NCBI GenBank assembly: GCA_001816915.1
Contig: MHCL01000023.1
Span: forward strand, 1 to 51,123
DNA from: Candidatus Chisholmbacteria bacterium RIFCSPLOWO2_01_FULL_49_14
GTDB taxonomy: Bacteria > Patescibacteriota > Microgenomatia > UBA1400 > Chisholmbacteraceae
Reading direction: 5' to 3'
Length of the DNA stretch: 51,123 bases
Position numbers and translations under genes: made by a program. Shown here one piece after another: positions 9,252-17,727 of this stretch (position 1 is the stretch's first letter; each line of letters begins with the position of its first letter). The notes below the pieces were generated by a model, which was not told the origin of the DNA, did no database searches, and worked only from the letters and a program-made list of their open reading frames with translations.

Positions 9252-10838
9252 TTATGTTTCGCGAGTAGTCTTTAAACTTTTCTTCGATACTTCTTTAAGA
9301 CGCTTTAGTACTAACTTCCTGTTTTCTAAAAGGAACCAGGCAGCGCGGGGACCGTGGGTTTTGCCGATCAGCGCGAGGTAGATCGCTTCGAAACATTCTG
9401 CCGTCGGGATCTTCATCTTCTTTGTCCGTTCGTAGAGTGCCTGCTGCAGATCCTCCGGTTTCTTCCATTCTTCGGAGAGAAGTTCTTCAACATATGCCAA
9501 GAATTCTTTTTGTTCCAGAGACAACCTGTCGGCGGCTTTCGAGATCGAAGTTGTCAGCGAAAAAACCTGTTCTTCGGGAGCATATTGAGCGAGCCAAATT
9601 TTCGCGTATTTAACTCTTTCTTCCAGAACGCGGCGCTCTTCCCCGGTGAATTTGGATCCTTTTAATTTGGAGAACCTCTCTTCCGCATCGATTCCCGGGT
9701 GCTGAATGATGGAGGCGATTTCACGGAAACGCGGCAGAAAATGATTTTTGGAGGGACTGCCTTTCACCTGTGAAATTTCATAGATTCTTGCCAGTCTTTT
9801 ATCCTTTTTCTGCCAGAATGCACGCGCCGCATGATCATATTCGTCGAACAGATCAGGTATCGTCATGCCTGCCGGATCAAAATTGATCGCCCGATTGTAT
9901 TTCACCCGAGCGATCATGAAACGGATGAGATACGGCGGCAGGATTTCCGAGACTTCTTTGGCGCTGGAACCCAAGCCTTTTGATGAGCTCATCTTTCTAC
10001 CACCCACTAGAAAGAACTCATGCGAGAAGGGAAAAGGAACCGGATAATGAATGACCCGCTCACAGATCAACCTTGCCACGTCGTGTGAACCGCCCGCAGT
10101 CATGTGATCTTTGCCCGCGCCTTCGACGGTGACACCGATGACTTTCCATTTACACGCCCACTCAATCTTCCAAGGCAGTTTGCCGCTGCCGTTAAACGGC
10201 GAAACCTGGCCGTGATGCCCGCAGCCTTCTGTCCAGACGACCGCATGTGGGTTGCACTCGTAACTTACCTGTTCACCGTCCCAGCCTGTAACGACGGTCG
10301 TCGATAGCTTGCCGCATTGTTCACACGCCACGCTGAACGGAAACCAATTCTCCGGTTTGCCTTTTTTATAGATCGTTTTATAGATTGTTCTGATGGCTTC
10401 TGCCTGATCCAAGCAGGTTTTAATCGAGTCGTTCATTTTTCCCGAACGATAGAGCTGTGATCCCCAGATGATTTCCGGATGAACGTCCAGGCTGTTGAAG
10501 ATTTCTATATATTCCTGCCCCCAGCGCTGGCCATATGAGTCGTAGCCTTTTTCCGGCGAAGGAATTTGATAGAGCGGCTTGCCGAGATGCTGTCTATATT
10601 CCTTCTCGTCCAAGTAAGTAGGAAGCGAGTCCATGGGGTCATGATCGTCGAGCACATAGCTGAAGGTAACATCCTTTTTGCGATCTTTGAGTGCACGGCA
10701 GATGAGTTCATGGGTGAGCACCGCTCGTACAGAACCGATATGCACGCGCCCCGACGGGGTCTTCATGTCATCGACCCAGTAGGGTTTGTATTTCCCTGAT
10801 GTGATGATTTGATTTGCTAACTCGTCCGCCCAGTACAT
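9252..10838 (-). CDS. lysK: Lysyl-tRNA synthetase, class I
   Basis: N-terminus MYWADELA..., PSGRVHIGSVR (HIGH-like) and KMSSSKG (KMSKS) motifs. Architecture is that of class I LysRS. The start is taken at Met18 of the track ORF. Confidence 0.9.
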   Translation of the reverse strand: MYWADELANQIITSGKYKPYWVDDMKTPSGRVHIGSVRAVLTHELICRALKDRKKDVTFSYVLDDHDPMDSLPTYLDEKEYRQHLGKPLYQIPSPEKGYDSYGQRWGQEYIEIFNSLDVHPEIIWGSQLYRSGKMNDSIKTCLDQAEAIRTIYKTIYKKGKPENWFPFSVACEQCGKLSTTVVTGWDGEQVSYECNPHAVVWTEGCGHHGQVSPFNGSGKLPWKIEWACKWKVIGVTVEGAGKDHMTAGGSHDVARLICERVIHYPVPFPFSHEFFLVGGRKMSSSKGLGSSAKEVSEILPPYLIRFMIARVKYNRAINFDPAGMTIPDLFDEYDHAARAFWQKKDKRLARIYEISQVKGSPSKNHFLPRFREIASIIQHPGIDAEERFSKLKGSKFTGEERRVLEERVKYAKIWLAQYAPEEQVFSLTTSISKAADRLSLEQKEFLAYVEELLSEEWKKPEDLQQALYERTKKMKIPTAECFEAIYLALIGKTHGPRAAWFLLENRKLVLKRLKEVSKKSLKTTRET

Positions 10839-10975
10839 TTTATTTATAGTATTCCTTCCGGTAAGTATAGCAAAGCCTGCCCCACACATTTTCTCGAAAG
10901 TCGGCTAACTGCTTATTCAGCCGTATCCTCCTTCGAAAAATGTTGAGGGGTTATGTATTATTAGATTGTCTAAAG

Positions 10976-11002
10976 TAAATAAAAACCCGCTCATGGCGGG
11001 GT
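10976..11002 (-). terminator. Rho-independent terminator downstream of greA
   Basis: On the minus strand: CCCGC-CATGA-GCGGG hairpin (10986-11000) followed by TTTTTATTTACTTT. Confidence 0.55.
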
Positions 11003-11028
11003 CTTCATTCGTCTCTGCTACTCTTTTT

Positions 11029-11529
11029 TTAGTGGATTTTCTTAATGGTATACACGATTTTCCCCGCCGGAGCTTCGATCTCCACGTCTTCTCCGACCTT
11101 CTTGCCAACCAAGGCTTTTCCGAGAGGAGACTGGTGAGAAATTTTTTGCTGTTTGGGATCGGCTTCCCATTCGCCGACGATCGTATAGGTAAACGCTTTC
11201 CCGTTCCCGTGCACCGTAACTTTGCAGCCGATGTCAACGGTTTTGCTTTTTTTCTTGCCGTCAATGATGGCGACTTTGGACATTAACTCCTCAAGTTCTT
11301 CGATCCTGCCGTCTATGAAGGCGAGCTCATCGCGCGCTTGGTGGTATTCGCTATTCTCGGTCAAATCCCCAAAATCCCGGGCACGCGCAACCCGCTCGAC
11401 AGCTTTGGGGCGTTTTACTTCCTTATGCTCTGTGAGCTCGAGCGCCAATTCACTGTACCCTTCCTGGGTCATATGAACTTTTTCCGGCGCATGCACGATA
11501 ATAGCTTTTTGATTTGCCATAGTTATCAT
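11029..11529 (-). CDS. greA: Transcription elongation factor GreA
   Basis: ARDFGDLTENSEYHQARDELAFIDGRIEELE coiled-coil motif with the conserved acidic tip, followed by a C-terminal FKBP-like domain. Confidence 0.9.
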   Translation of the reverse strand: MITMANQKAIIVHAPEKVHMTQEGYSELALELTEHKEVKRPKAVERVARARDFGDLTENSEYHQARDELAFIDGRIEELEELMSKVAIIDGKKKSKTVDIGCKVTVHGNGKAFTYTIVGEWEADPKQQKISHQSPLGKALVGKKVGEDVEIEAPAGKIVYTIKKIH

Positions 11530-11831
11530 TCAACTACATTTCTCATTGTCTCATATTGGAGAGACTCAACGAAGCCTTCGTAAAAATAAACTCCGCAGGA
11601 TACGAGGCGGAGATCTTGGGCAGGCTTCTTTTATTAATTCCGAGAGGTATCTTACCTCAAGATAATTGATCTGTCAAGATGTGTAGGAAATGAGTAGGAA
11701 ATCATGGGTAGGAAGTAATGAATAGGTAGTAATGAGCAATACATACTGAATGATGAATAATGAATTATGTATCAAGGAACAATACGTGATAGGTTTCAAA
11801 CCATTCTCTCGTCGGGTGCTACAATGCTTTC

Positions 11832-12740
11832 ATGATTCCGGGGATCAAAATCGGGCCGCGAAATTGGAAAGAGATTTTGGCTGCCTTCACTCCCAAGTGC
11901 TGTGAGGTGTGGTTTCGAGTCGATCAGATTACCCAATATGAGGAGATGTTTTCCACTCTTCAAGAGAATCGCATTCCGACGGGTTTGCATTTTTGGGGAA
12001 TACTTCCCGGCGGACTCATGCCAAACTTTGCCTATCCTGATGAGGATGTCCGCGGACCTTCCCTCAAGCTTGTGAAGCAATCGATTGACGTCGCGAGCGA
12101 GTACGGCTTTACCTATGTCAATATCCATCCCGGTTCCTATCGGCTATCCCGGGTGAATCTTGACAGGCTTTTCATGCGGCCCATTCAAGGCAGAGAAACT
12201 ACTGAGTCAGAAGGATATATGGTTCTTGCAGAAAACATCCAAGAACTCTCCAGCTATGCCCAGAGGCGTGGGGTTTTGTTCCTTGTCGAAACGGTTCCCG
12301 CGAGAGAGCCGCTCCATTTCCGCGATCTTATCTCCGGCAGGCGCAGGTCCCAAGATATGTGTAATGTTCCGGTTTCAGCGCTTGTGAATCTTGCGAGACC
12401 CGGTTTCTTTATCTGCAATGACCTCTGTCATACAACGATGGATATTATTTCCGACGACAGGGAATTCCTGTTCAAAGAACTGTTTCGTAAAACAAAGCGG
12501 TTGGCGCCGCAAACGAAACTCGTTCATCTCAATACCTTGCCTACCCCGTTCAATGGAACAGACGGGCATCTCGGAATTCGTCGTCGAGATTTTACCGATG
12601 ATGTTTTTCCGACCCGGGAGCAGATAAAACAGTTGCTCTCGCTGTTTGTCGATCGCGACGACGTCTGGGTTATTCCCGAGCCGTTTTCGGATCATGTCGA
12701 AAATACAAAGGCTCTAGAAGAGCTTCTTGAGGAAATCTAA
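11832..12740 (+). CDS. Sugar phosphate isomerase/epimerase (xylose isomerase-like TIM barrel)
   Basis: 302 aa. The pattern GLHFW ... YVNIHPGS ... FLVETVP ... CHT is typical of the AP-endonuclease-2/xylose-isomerase-like barrel. Confidence 0.6.
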   Translation: MIPGIKIGPRNWKEILAAFTPKCCEVWFRVDQITQYEEMFSTLQENRIPTGLHFWGILPGGLMPNFAYPDEDVRGPSLKLVKQSIDVASEYGFTYVNIHPGSYRLSRVNLDRLFMRPIQGRETTESEGYMVLAENIQELSSYAQRRGVLFLVETVPAREPLHFRDLISGRRRSQDMCNVPVSALVNLARPGFFICNDLCHTTMDIISDDREFLFKELFRKTKRLAPQTKLVHLNTLPTPFNGTDGHLGIRRRDFTDDVFPTREQIKQLLSLFVDRDDVWVIPEPFSDHVENTKALEELLEEI

Positions 12741-12745
12741 CGAGG

Positions 12746-12817
12746 TGACCCCACCGGGAGTCGAACCCGAATTACTACCTTGAGAGGGTAGCGTCCTAGC
12801 CATTAGACGATGGGGCC
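12746..12817 (-). tRNA. tRNA-Glu (anticodon CUC)
   Basis: Hand-folded 72-nt cloverleaf: GGCCCCA/TGGGGTC acceptor, GTCT/GGAC D stem, CTACC-CTCTCAA-GGTAG anticodon arm, TCGGG-TTCGACT-CCCGG T arm. CCA is only partly encoded. Confidence 0.9.
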
Positions 12818-12934
12818 AATCTCAATCAAAACCGGACCTATTGATTGACATGATTCCGATGGTCCTATTTTATCATTCATTAGTTCCAACGGGATCGTTG
12901 ACCTAACAGTGCTTCAATCAATTCTACAGCGTAT

Positions 12935-13213
12935 TCAATACCAATTAAGGTATTTTTGCCTCAGGATATCGATGCTCATCAGATCGCCAATTTCTTCCAG
13001 ATATTCCCAAGTGAGCAACATCTCATCAGAACTGGGAATGCCGGTTTTCAGCATGCTTGCGTACCGCTCGTACTTCCTCGATAAACTGCCCGTTGAGACG
13101 TCCGCAAAATCGTCTCTGCCGTTATCTACTTCATTTGTCATGATGGGTCTATTATCCATCTTCCAGTCAAGCTGAGGCTCATCGTCAATGCTTTTGATCA
13201 TTCCCCTTCTCAT
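12935..13213 (-). CDS. Hypothetical small protein
   Basis: 92-aa ORF next to tRNA-Glu. No SD and no recognisable motif. Confidence 0.3.
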   Translation of the reverse strand: MRRGMIKSIDDEPQLDWKMDNRPIMTNEVDNGRDDFADVSTGSLSRKYERYASMLKTGIPSSDEMLLTWEYLEEIGDLMSIDILRQKYLNWY

Positions 13214-13230
13214 GCTATGATGTTTGGACT

Positions 13231-13452
13231 ATGTGTTTTGCCCTTCCGCTTCGGGTCCGCTCCGCAACTGGAAAACAGGCGACGATGGAAGATGGCCGGA
13301 ACGTGACGTTGGCTATGGTCGGACCCGCACACCAAGGCGATTGGTTGCTTGTGCAATCGAATTTGGCTGTTGACACGCTTACTCAGTCAGAAGCGCGTGC
13401 GATGCGCTCGGCAATCAAGGAGGTTTCCCATGAACTACAATCGCGGAATTAA
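13231..13452 (+). CDS. hypC: Hydrogenase assembly chaperone HypC/HupF
   Basis: 73 aa. It starts with the hallmark M-C-x-A-x-P (MCFALPLRV) and has a GDWLLVQ core, close to the hydrogenase structural genes. Confidence 0.8.
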   Translation: MCFALPLRVRSATGKQATMEDGRNVTLAMVGPAHQGDWLLVQSNLAVDTLTQSEARAMRSAIKEVSHELQSRN

Positions 13453-14350
13453 ATACGCCCTCGTTACGGCTGTGTTTTCCGGATTTGCCATTTATTTTAA
13501 TGGGATCGCTGTACGAACCGTCGGCGATCCCCTGGCGTTCACAACCCTGAAAAACCTCGGTGTCGGAATGATTCTGGCCGTACTTGTGGGAATAAAAATT
13601 TTCCGCAATCGATCCCTTTTGATCACACTTGCTCCCCGTGATTGGTTGCGGTTGCTTCTGATTGGCGTCATCGGAGGCAGCCTGCCGTTTTACCTGTTTT
13701 TCAAAGGGCTCTCCATAACCCCGGCGGCATCCGGCGCTATCATCCACAAGACCCTGATTTTTTGGGTCGCTCTTTGGGCAATCCCGTTTTTACACGAGAA
13801 GCTGACAATTCGGCAAGTCCTGGCGTTAGGACTTGTTTTCGGGAGTAGTTTTATCGTCGGCGGCATCACTTCGTTATCCTTCGGAACGGGCGAGATGATG
13901 ATCCTTGCGGCAACTATCCTCTGGGCTGTTGAGAATATCATTGCCAAGGTTGCATTGCGAAAGGTGGATGCCGACGTCGTCGTCGGGGCAAGGATGATTT
14001 TCGGATCTCTCCTTTTATTCGCGGCGACCATCTTTACTGGAAAAATGTCACTTATCTCACAGCTTACTCCAAGCCAATGGGGATTGACCCTCACCAGCAT
14101 CGCATTTTTAACCGGCTATGTGATGAGCTGGTACCGAGCCCTCCGGGAAGCGCCGGCCACTTTGGTGGCGACAGTCCTGACGCTGGGAGCTGTTATCACC
14201 AACGTTCTTTCGGCGGTGTTCATCACTCGTGCTTTCAAGATTGAACTCGTCTTGCAGACTATACTTTTGGGCGCCGGTGTGTGGCTCTTTTGGACGGCAA
14301 GCAAGAAAATCCCCAACTACACATTAAATGTGAAGTCGGAACATATTTAA
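13430..14350 (+). CDS. EamA/DMT-family transporter (10 TM)
   Basis: Two repeated 5-TM halves with composition typical of EamA domains. The start is taken at MNYNRG (ATG 13430) and overlaps the hypC end by 23 nt. Confidence 0.8.
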   Translation: MNYNRGIKYALVTAVFSGFAIYFNGIAVRTVGDPLAFTTLKNLGVGMILAVLVGIKIFRNRSLLITLAPRDWLRLLLIGVIGGSLPFYLFFKGLSITPAASGAIIHKTLIFWVALWAIPFLHEKLTIRQVLALGLVFGSSFIVGGITSLSFGTGEMMILAATILWAVENIIAKVALRKVDADVVVGARMIFGSLLLFAATIFTGKMSLISQLTPSQWGLTLTSIAFLTGYVMSWYRALREAPATLVATVLTLGAVITNVLSAVFITRAFKIELVLQTILLGAGVWLFWTASKKIPNYTLNVKSEHI

Positions 14351-14398
14351 TGTGTACCTCGAGAAAAACGCAATTACACATTTAATGTGGGGAGATGA

Positions 14399-15142
14399 AT
14401 GGATGGAGTTTTGACTTGCGCGCGCTACGCCTTTGCCCCCAATTACTATAAGTACTGCGGTCCTGATGCAAACCGGACAATCGCTTCCTATCTCAAGGAA
14501 GAGGCTTCCGATCCGGGATTGTCGGCGTATCTCTCCGAGTTTGCCGTTCTTTTCCCTTATCTTCGGCTCATCGCTCATGAAAACGGGATTGCCGATCCAT
14601 TCGACCCGAGGGTTGTCGAAGCCTATTGGGTCGGCAACAGCCTCCTTGACCGGGTCGTGATGCGATCGTTTTCCGAACACCTTCAATACGAACAGAAGCT
14701 CCGGAAACGCTTGCCGGCAAAGAAAATGAAATGGATCGTCGAGAAAATACCGAGAGGAGCAAAGATCCACCACAGCTTCCACGTATTTTCGATTTTTACC
14801 CGAACCGGGCATCATGCCGTCGAGCATACGCTTGATACGATGGACAATTGTCGAATCTCCTGGGGACAAATAATTGCAAATGGCAAATGGCAAATGGCAA
14901 ATGGCAATATTAGAGTAAAGACTCAACAGCTTGTCAATGAAGAGGGGAAGTTGCGATTTAAAGACGGGGTAGTTCGAGAGGTGGCATTACCTGTCGATGG
15001 CGAGTTTGCGAAAAACCTAAAGCCTGGGGATTGGGTGACATTCCATTGGGGTTTTGTCTGTGAGAAAATCAATTCAGCGAAAGCCAAAAGACTTGAAGCA
15101 TTTACGCTGCATCATTTGAGGCTCGCGAATGAAACAATCTAG
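14399..15142 (+). CDS. Conserved hypothetical protein with a C-terminal HypC-like domain
   Basis: The C-terminal ~70 aa (GVVREVALPVDGEFAKNLKPGDWVTFHWGFVCEKI...) follow the HypC pattern G..R.V.L......GDWVLVH.GFA but lack the N-terminal Cys. I do not recognise the N-terminal ~170 aa. Confidence 0.6.
   Translation: MDGVLTCARYAFAPNYYKYCGPDANRTIASYLKEEASDPGLSAYLSEFAVLFPYLRLIAHENGIADPFDPRVVEAYWVGNSLLDRVVMRSFSEHLQYEQKLRKRLPAKKMKWIVEKIPRGAKIHHSFHVFSIFTRTGHHAVEHTLDTMDNCRISWGQIIANGKWQMANGNIRVKTQQLVNEEGKLRFKDGVVREVALPVDGEFAKNLKPGDWVTFHWGFVCEKINSAKAKRLEAFTLHHLRLANETI
14874..14908. repeat. Heptanucleotide microsatellite (TGGCAAA)n inside a CDS
   Basis: TTGCAAA TGGCAAA TGGCAAA TGGCAAA TGGCAAT: three perfect and two imperfect units, encoding IANGKWQMANGNI. 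Confidence 0.9.
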
Positions 15143-15184
15143 CGATGTTATAGCTAGTTAGCTTTTTAGGTTATTTGAATATTT

Positions 15185-15736
15185 ATGAATAAAGCGATAC
15201 GAATTCTGGTTTTCACAAACAGCTTTGTCCTTTTAGCCAGCGCGATGTTCGGTCCAATTTATGCCATCTTTGTTGAAGAAGTTGGCGGTGGAATTCTCGA
15301 GGCAAGCTGGTCAGTCGGGATTTACTCTCTCATGACCGCAATCGCGCTTTATGTATTCGGAAAATATGAAGATCGTATGAAACAGCAGGAGCTTGCCGTT
15401 GCCGCCGGGTATCTTATTCTTACAGTCGGGTACTTCGGCTACCTTTTCGTCCACTCGATTTGGGCTCTCTATCTCGTGCAGGTTATCTTGGGGGTCGGCA
15501 TGGCACTCTACTCACCAGCCTTTGATGCGCTTTATTCACAACATATCACTCCGACCCGAGCGGCCTCCCAGTGGGGAATCTGGGAGCTCATGGCCAATCT
15601 TATTTCTTCAGGAGGTGCGGTCTTGGGCGGGCTACTCGCGAACTTCTTCGGTTTTTCCATTCTTTTTGTCGCCATGGGCGTGTTGTGTTTTCTCAGCGCA
15701 GTTTTCATTTGGGTCCAACCCAGAAGAGTGCTTTGA
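15185..15736 (+). CDS. Half-size (6 TM) MFS-like membrane protein
   Basis: 183 aa with six hydrophobic segments and composition like one MFS half. No paired second half is present. Confidence 0.5.
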   Translation: MNKAIRILVFTNSFVLLASAMFGPIYAIFVEEVGGGILEASWSVGIYSLMTAIALYVFGKYEDRMKQQELAVAAGYLILTVGYFGYLFVHSIWALYLVQVILGVGMALYSPAFDALYSQHITPTRAASQWGIWELMANLISSGGAVLGGLLANFFGFSILFVAMGVLCFLSAVFIWVQPRRVL

Positions 15737-15738
15737 GC

Positions 15739-16116
15739 GTGAAAGTCTTTGTTTTCGGAAATCCTTTAATAGAAAAAGATTCGTTGCCGCTGCGGATTCT
15801 TCCGAGACTGCGAAAACGATTTCCGCAGATTGAGTTCGTGACAGCTGATCCGACTGAGTTACTTCATTATGATCAAGACGCGTTGATCCTGGATACCGCG
15901 GAAGGGATTGAGAAAGTCGTGGTCCTTAATGATATTTCAAAGCTTGATTTGCCCAAGCGCCTGAGCGTGCATGATTATGATTTGAATGTGGATCTCCACC
16001 TGCTTCAGAAATTGGGAAAGCTTCAGAACGTGAAGATTATTGCTGTGCCTTTGGAAATGGAAGAAAAAGAAGCTTTAGAGAGAGTAAGTGAAATACTCCT
16101 TTCGCACAAAGACTGA
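15739..16116 (+). CDS. Hydrogenase maturation endopeptidase (HycI/HyaD-like)
   Basis: A GTG start 2 nt after the previous stop gives VKVFVFGNPLIEKDSLPLRI ... SVHDYDL, matching the GNxLxxDD ... H pattern of [NiFe] large-subunit C-terminal proteases. The longer track ORF overlaps the MFS-like gene. Confidence 0.7.
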   Translation: MKVFVFGNPLIEKDSLPLRILPRLRKRFPQIEFVTADPTELLHYDQDALILDTAEGIEKVVVLNDISKLDLPKRLSVHDYDLNVDLHLLQKLGKLQNVKIIAVPLEMEEKEALERVSEILLSHKD

Positions 16117-16164
16117 TTTCATATGTTTTTATTCATCTTTTTTTGCCTGTAGCAGGCTCAATTT

Positions 16165-16194
16165 GTTACTTCTTTGCTCACCCAAAGAAGTAAC
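16165..16194. terminator. 12-bp perfect hairpin between convergent genes
   Basis: GTTACTTCTTTG-ctcacc-CAAAGAAGTAAC lies between the protease gene (+) and the hydrogenase large subunit gene (-). The flanks are only weakly T-rich. Confidence 0.45.
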
Positions 16195-16364
16195 TAAGAA
16201 AGGGAGCCCCATGCTTCGTCTGTGGCTGTACCTACTCTTTTTGCTTCGGGAAGTCCTTCCGAAATTCCCCATTCGACTGGCTCAGGGTCAGTTTCGGCTT
16301 TCCTCTCGCAAAAAGCGGGTTCAGCTGCACCGACTTCGCCAAGGGATTTCTATTGGACTGTTTA

Positions 16365-17654
16365 TTAAGTCCATTTAATCTTGAGGAAGTGGGTGGCACA
16401 TGAGATGCAGGGGTCGTAGGCGCGGACGAACTTCTCGATCTCAAAGGAAATCTGCTCTTTCTCTTTATCAAGGTTTCCTTCAACGACGCCGACTAAATTC
16501 TTCTCCATGCTGATTTGGTTTTGGCCGGTGGGGACGACGATATCAGCCGAGACGACTTTGAGGTCTTTCACTTCCAACCGATGATAAAGAAGGCCTCTCG
16601 GCGCTTCGATGACTCCGACGCCGATGCCGTCTGACTGCGCTGCGGCAACCGGAACTTCGGGCGGAAATTCTTTGCGGTTTTCAAGCAATTCCAGGCTTTC
16701 GTCGATGCAGTGGAGGATCTCAATCGCTTGGGCCAGGTTGTTATGGAAGACATTTTTGGAAGGGAACTTCTCCAACGCCTGCCCGGCATCCCGCCTTGTG
16801 TTCGGATGCAGAAGGTGTTTTGACAGGTTGATACGAGCCAGCGCGCCGACCATGTAGGCATCTCCTTTGAATTTATAACCGGAGGCTTGCGAATAGGGAA
16901 TCACCGTGTGCTCCAGGTGCTCTCTTAACTGCGATTCGGGCATCACCTCTCCCGACGAGGTTGCGACGTCGCCATCAAGGAAGTTGTAATCCCGAGCTTT
17001 GAGCGCGACGAAGGTCGTTTCATCCAGAAATTCAAACGGGCAATCCGAAAAAACCTTCACCAGCCTTACGGCTGCCGGCCGGGCTTCCCTGAGAAGCTTT
17101 AGGGATTTTTCGATTTCTTCCCTTTGCGGAAACTGCGTAAATCCCCCGATCGTCGGATAGGGGGCGTGCACGCTTCTGCCGCCGAAGGCAATGCTCAATT
17201 GATTTCCCGAAGCTTTGACCGTGAAGGTGTCGTGAAGGAGCTGATGCTCAACCTCGTTACTCTCATCAAACTCGAGTATCGAGTCCTTTCCCAAAACATC
17301 CGGCAGTGAAAAGACATAGAGATGAAGGCCGTGATCGCGAATCATCAGGCCGTTGGTGACGAGCCTGCGCATGAGTTTTGTTTGCTCGGATGGTGTGATG
17401 CCGATCGCTTTCTCGACGGACTGTATGGAACAAAGAAGATGGGCATTGGAGCAGGTGCCGCAGATACGCGCCAAGAGCTGGGGTACGCCGGCAATCGGTT
17501 TTCCCCTGATTGCTTGGGTGTAGAAGCGTTTATAGTCGGAGAGCGAAAGTTTGAGATCCTCAACTTTTCCATCCCGGACTTTAACCTGCATGCCGGCCGT
17601 ACCCTCAATTTTGGAGATCTCTTCAACGGTAAGATCGAAACTGCCTTGATGCAT
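16365..17654 (-). CDS. [NiFe] hydrogenase large subunit (group 3-like)
   Basis: N-terminal RICGTCSNAH (RxCGxCxxxH) and C-terminal DPCISCATH (DPCxxCxxH) nickel-binding motifs, with a short extension after the His as a protease substrate. 429 aa. Confidence 0.9.
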   Translation of the reverse strand: MHQGSFDLTVEEISKIEGTAGMQVKVRDGKVEDLKLSLSDYKRFYTQAIRGKPIAGVPQLLARICGTCSNAHLLCSIQSVEKAIGITPSEQTKLMRRLVTNGLMIRDHGLHLYVFSLPDVLGKDSILEFDESNEVEHQLLHDTFTVKASGNQLSIAFGGRSVHAPYPTIGGFTQFPQREEIEKSLKLLREARPAAVRLVKVFSDCPFEFLDETTFVALKARDYNFLDGDVATSSGEVMPESQLREHLEHTVIPYSQASGYKFKGDAYMVGALARINLSKHLLHPNTRRDAGQALEKFPSKNVFHNNLAQAIEILHCIDESLELLENRKEFPPEVPVAAAQSDGIGVGVIEAPRGLLYHRLEVKDLKVVSADIVVPTGQNQISMEKNLVGVVEGNLDKEKEQISFEIEKFVRAYDPCISCATHFLKIKWT

Positions 17655-17727
17655 AGTTCAGTGGTAAAGATTAAGTGGTAAGTCAAGGAAATATGCTTCA
17701 ATCATATTTAGACTCTCCACTTATTCT

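Noticed and set aside
9214-9256. TTTAGGG/TTAGGG units resembling eukaryotic telomere repeats
   Set aside because: There are only 2-3 imperfect units, embedded between two bacterial genes in an otherwise bacterial context. The resemblance is coincidental.
14324-14926. 200-aa minus-strand ORF antisense to 14399-15142
   Set aside because: The plus-strand frame carries the HypC-like pattern and fits the operon. The minus-strand ORF has no SD and translates the repeat into nonsense-like AICHLPFAIC.
15393-15738. Upstream parts of ORFs 15393-15833 and 15571-16116
   Set aside because: They overlap the MFS-like gene out of frame. The protease homology begins only at the GTG at 15739.
16088-16483. 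ORFs 16088-16378 (+) and 16232-16483 (-) in or next to the convergent gap
   Set aside because: They have no SD and are low-complexity. One overlaps the hydrogenase large-subunit 3' end. The region is better explained as a terminator-containing spacer.
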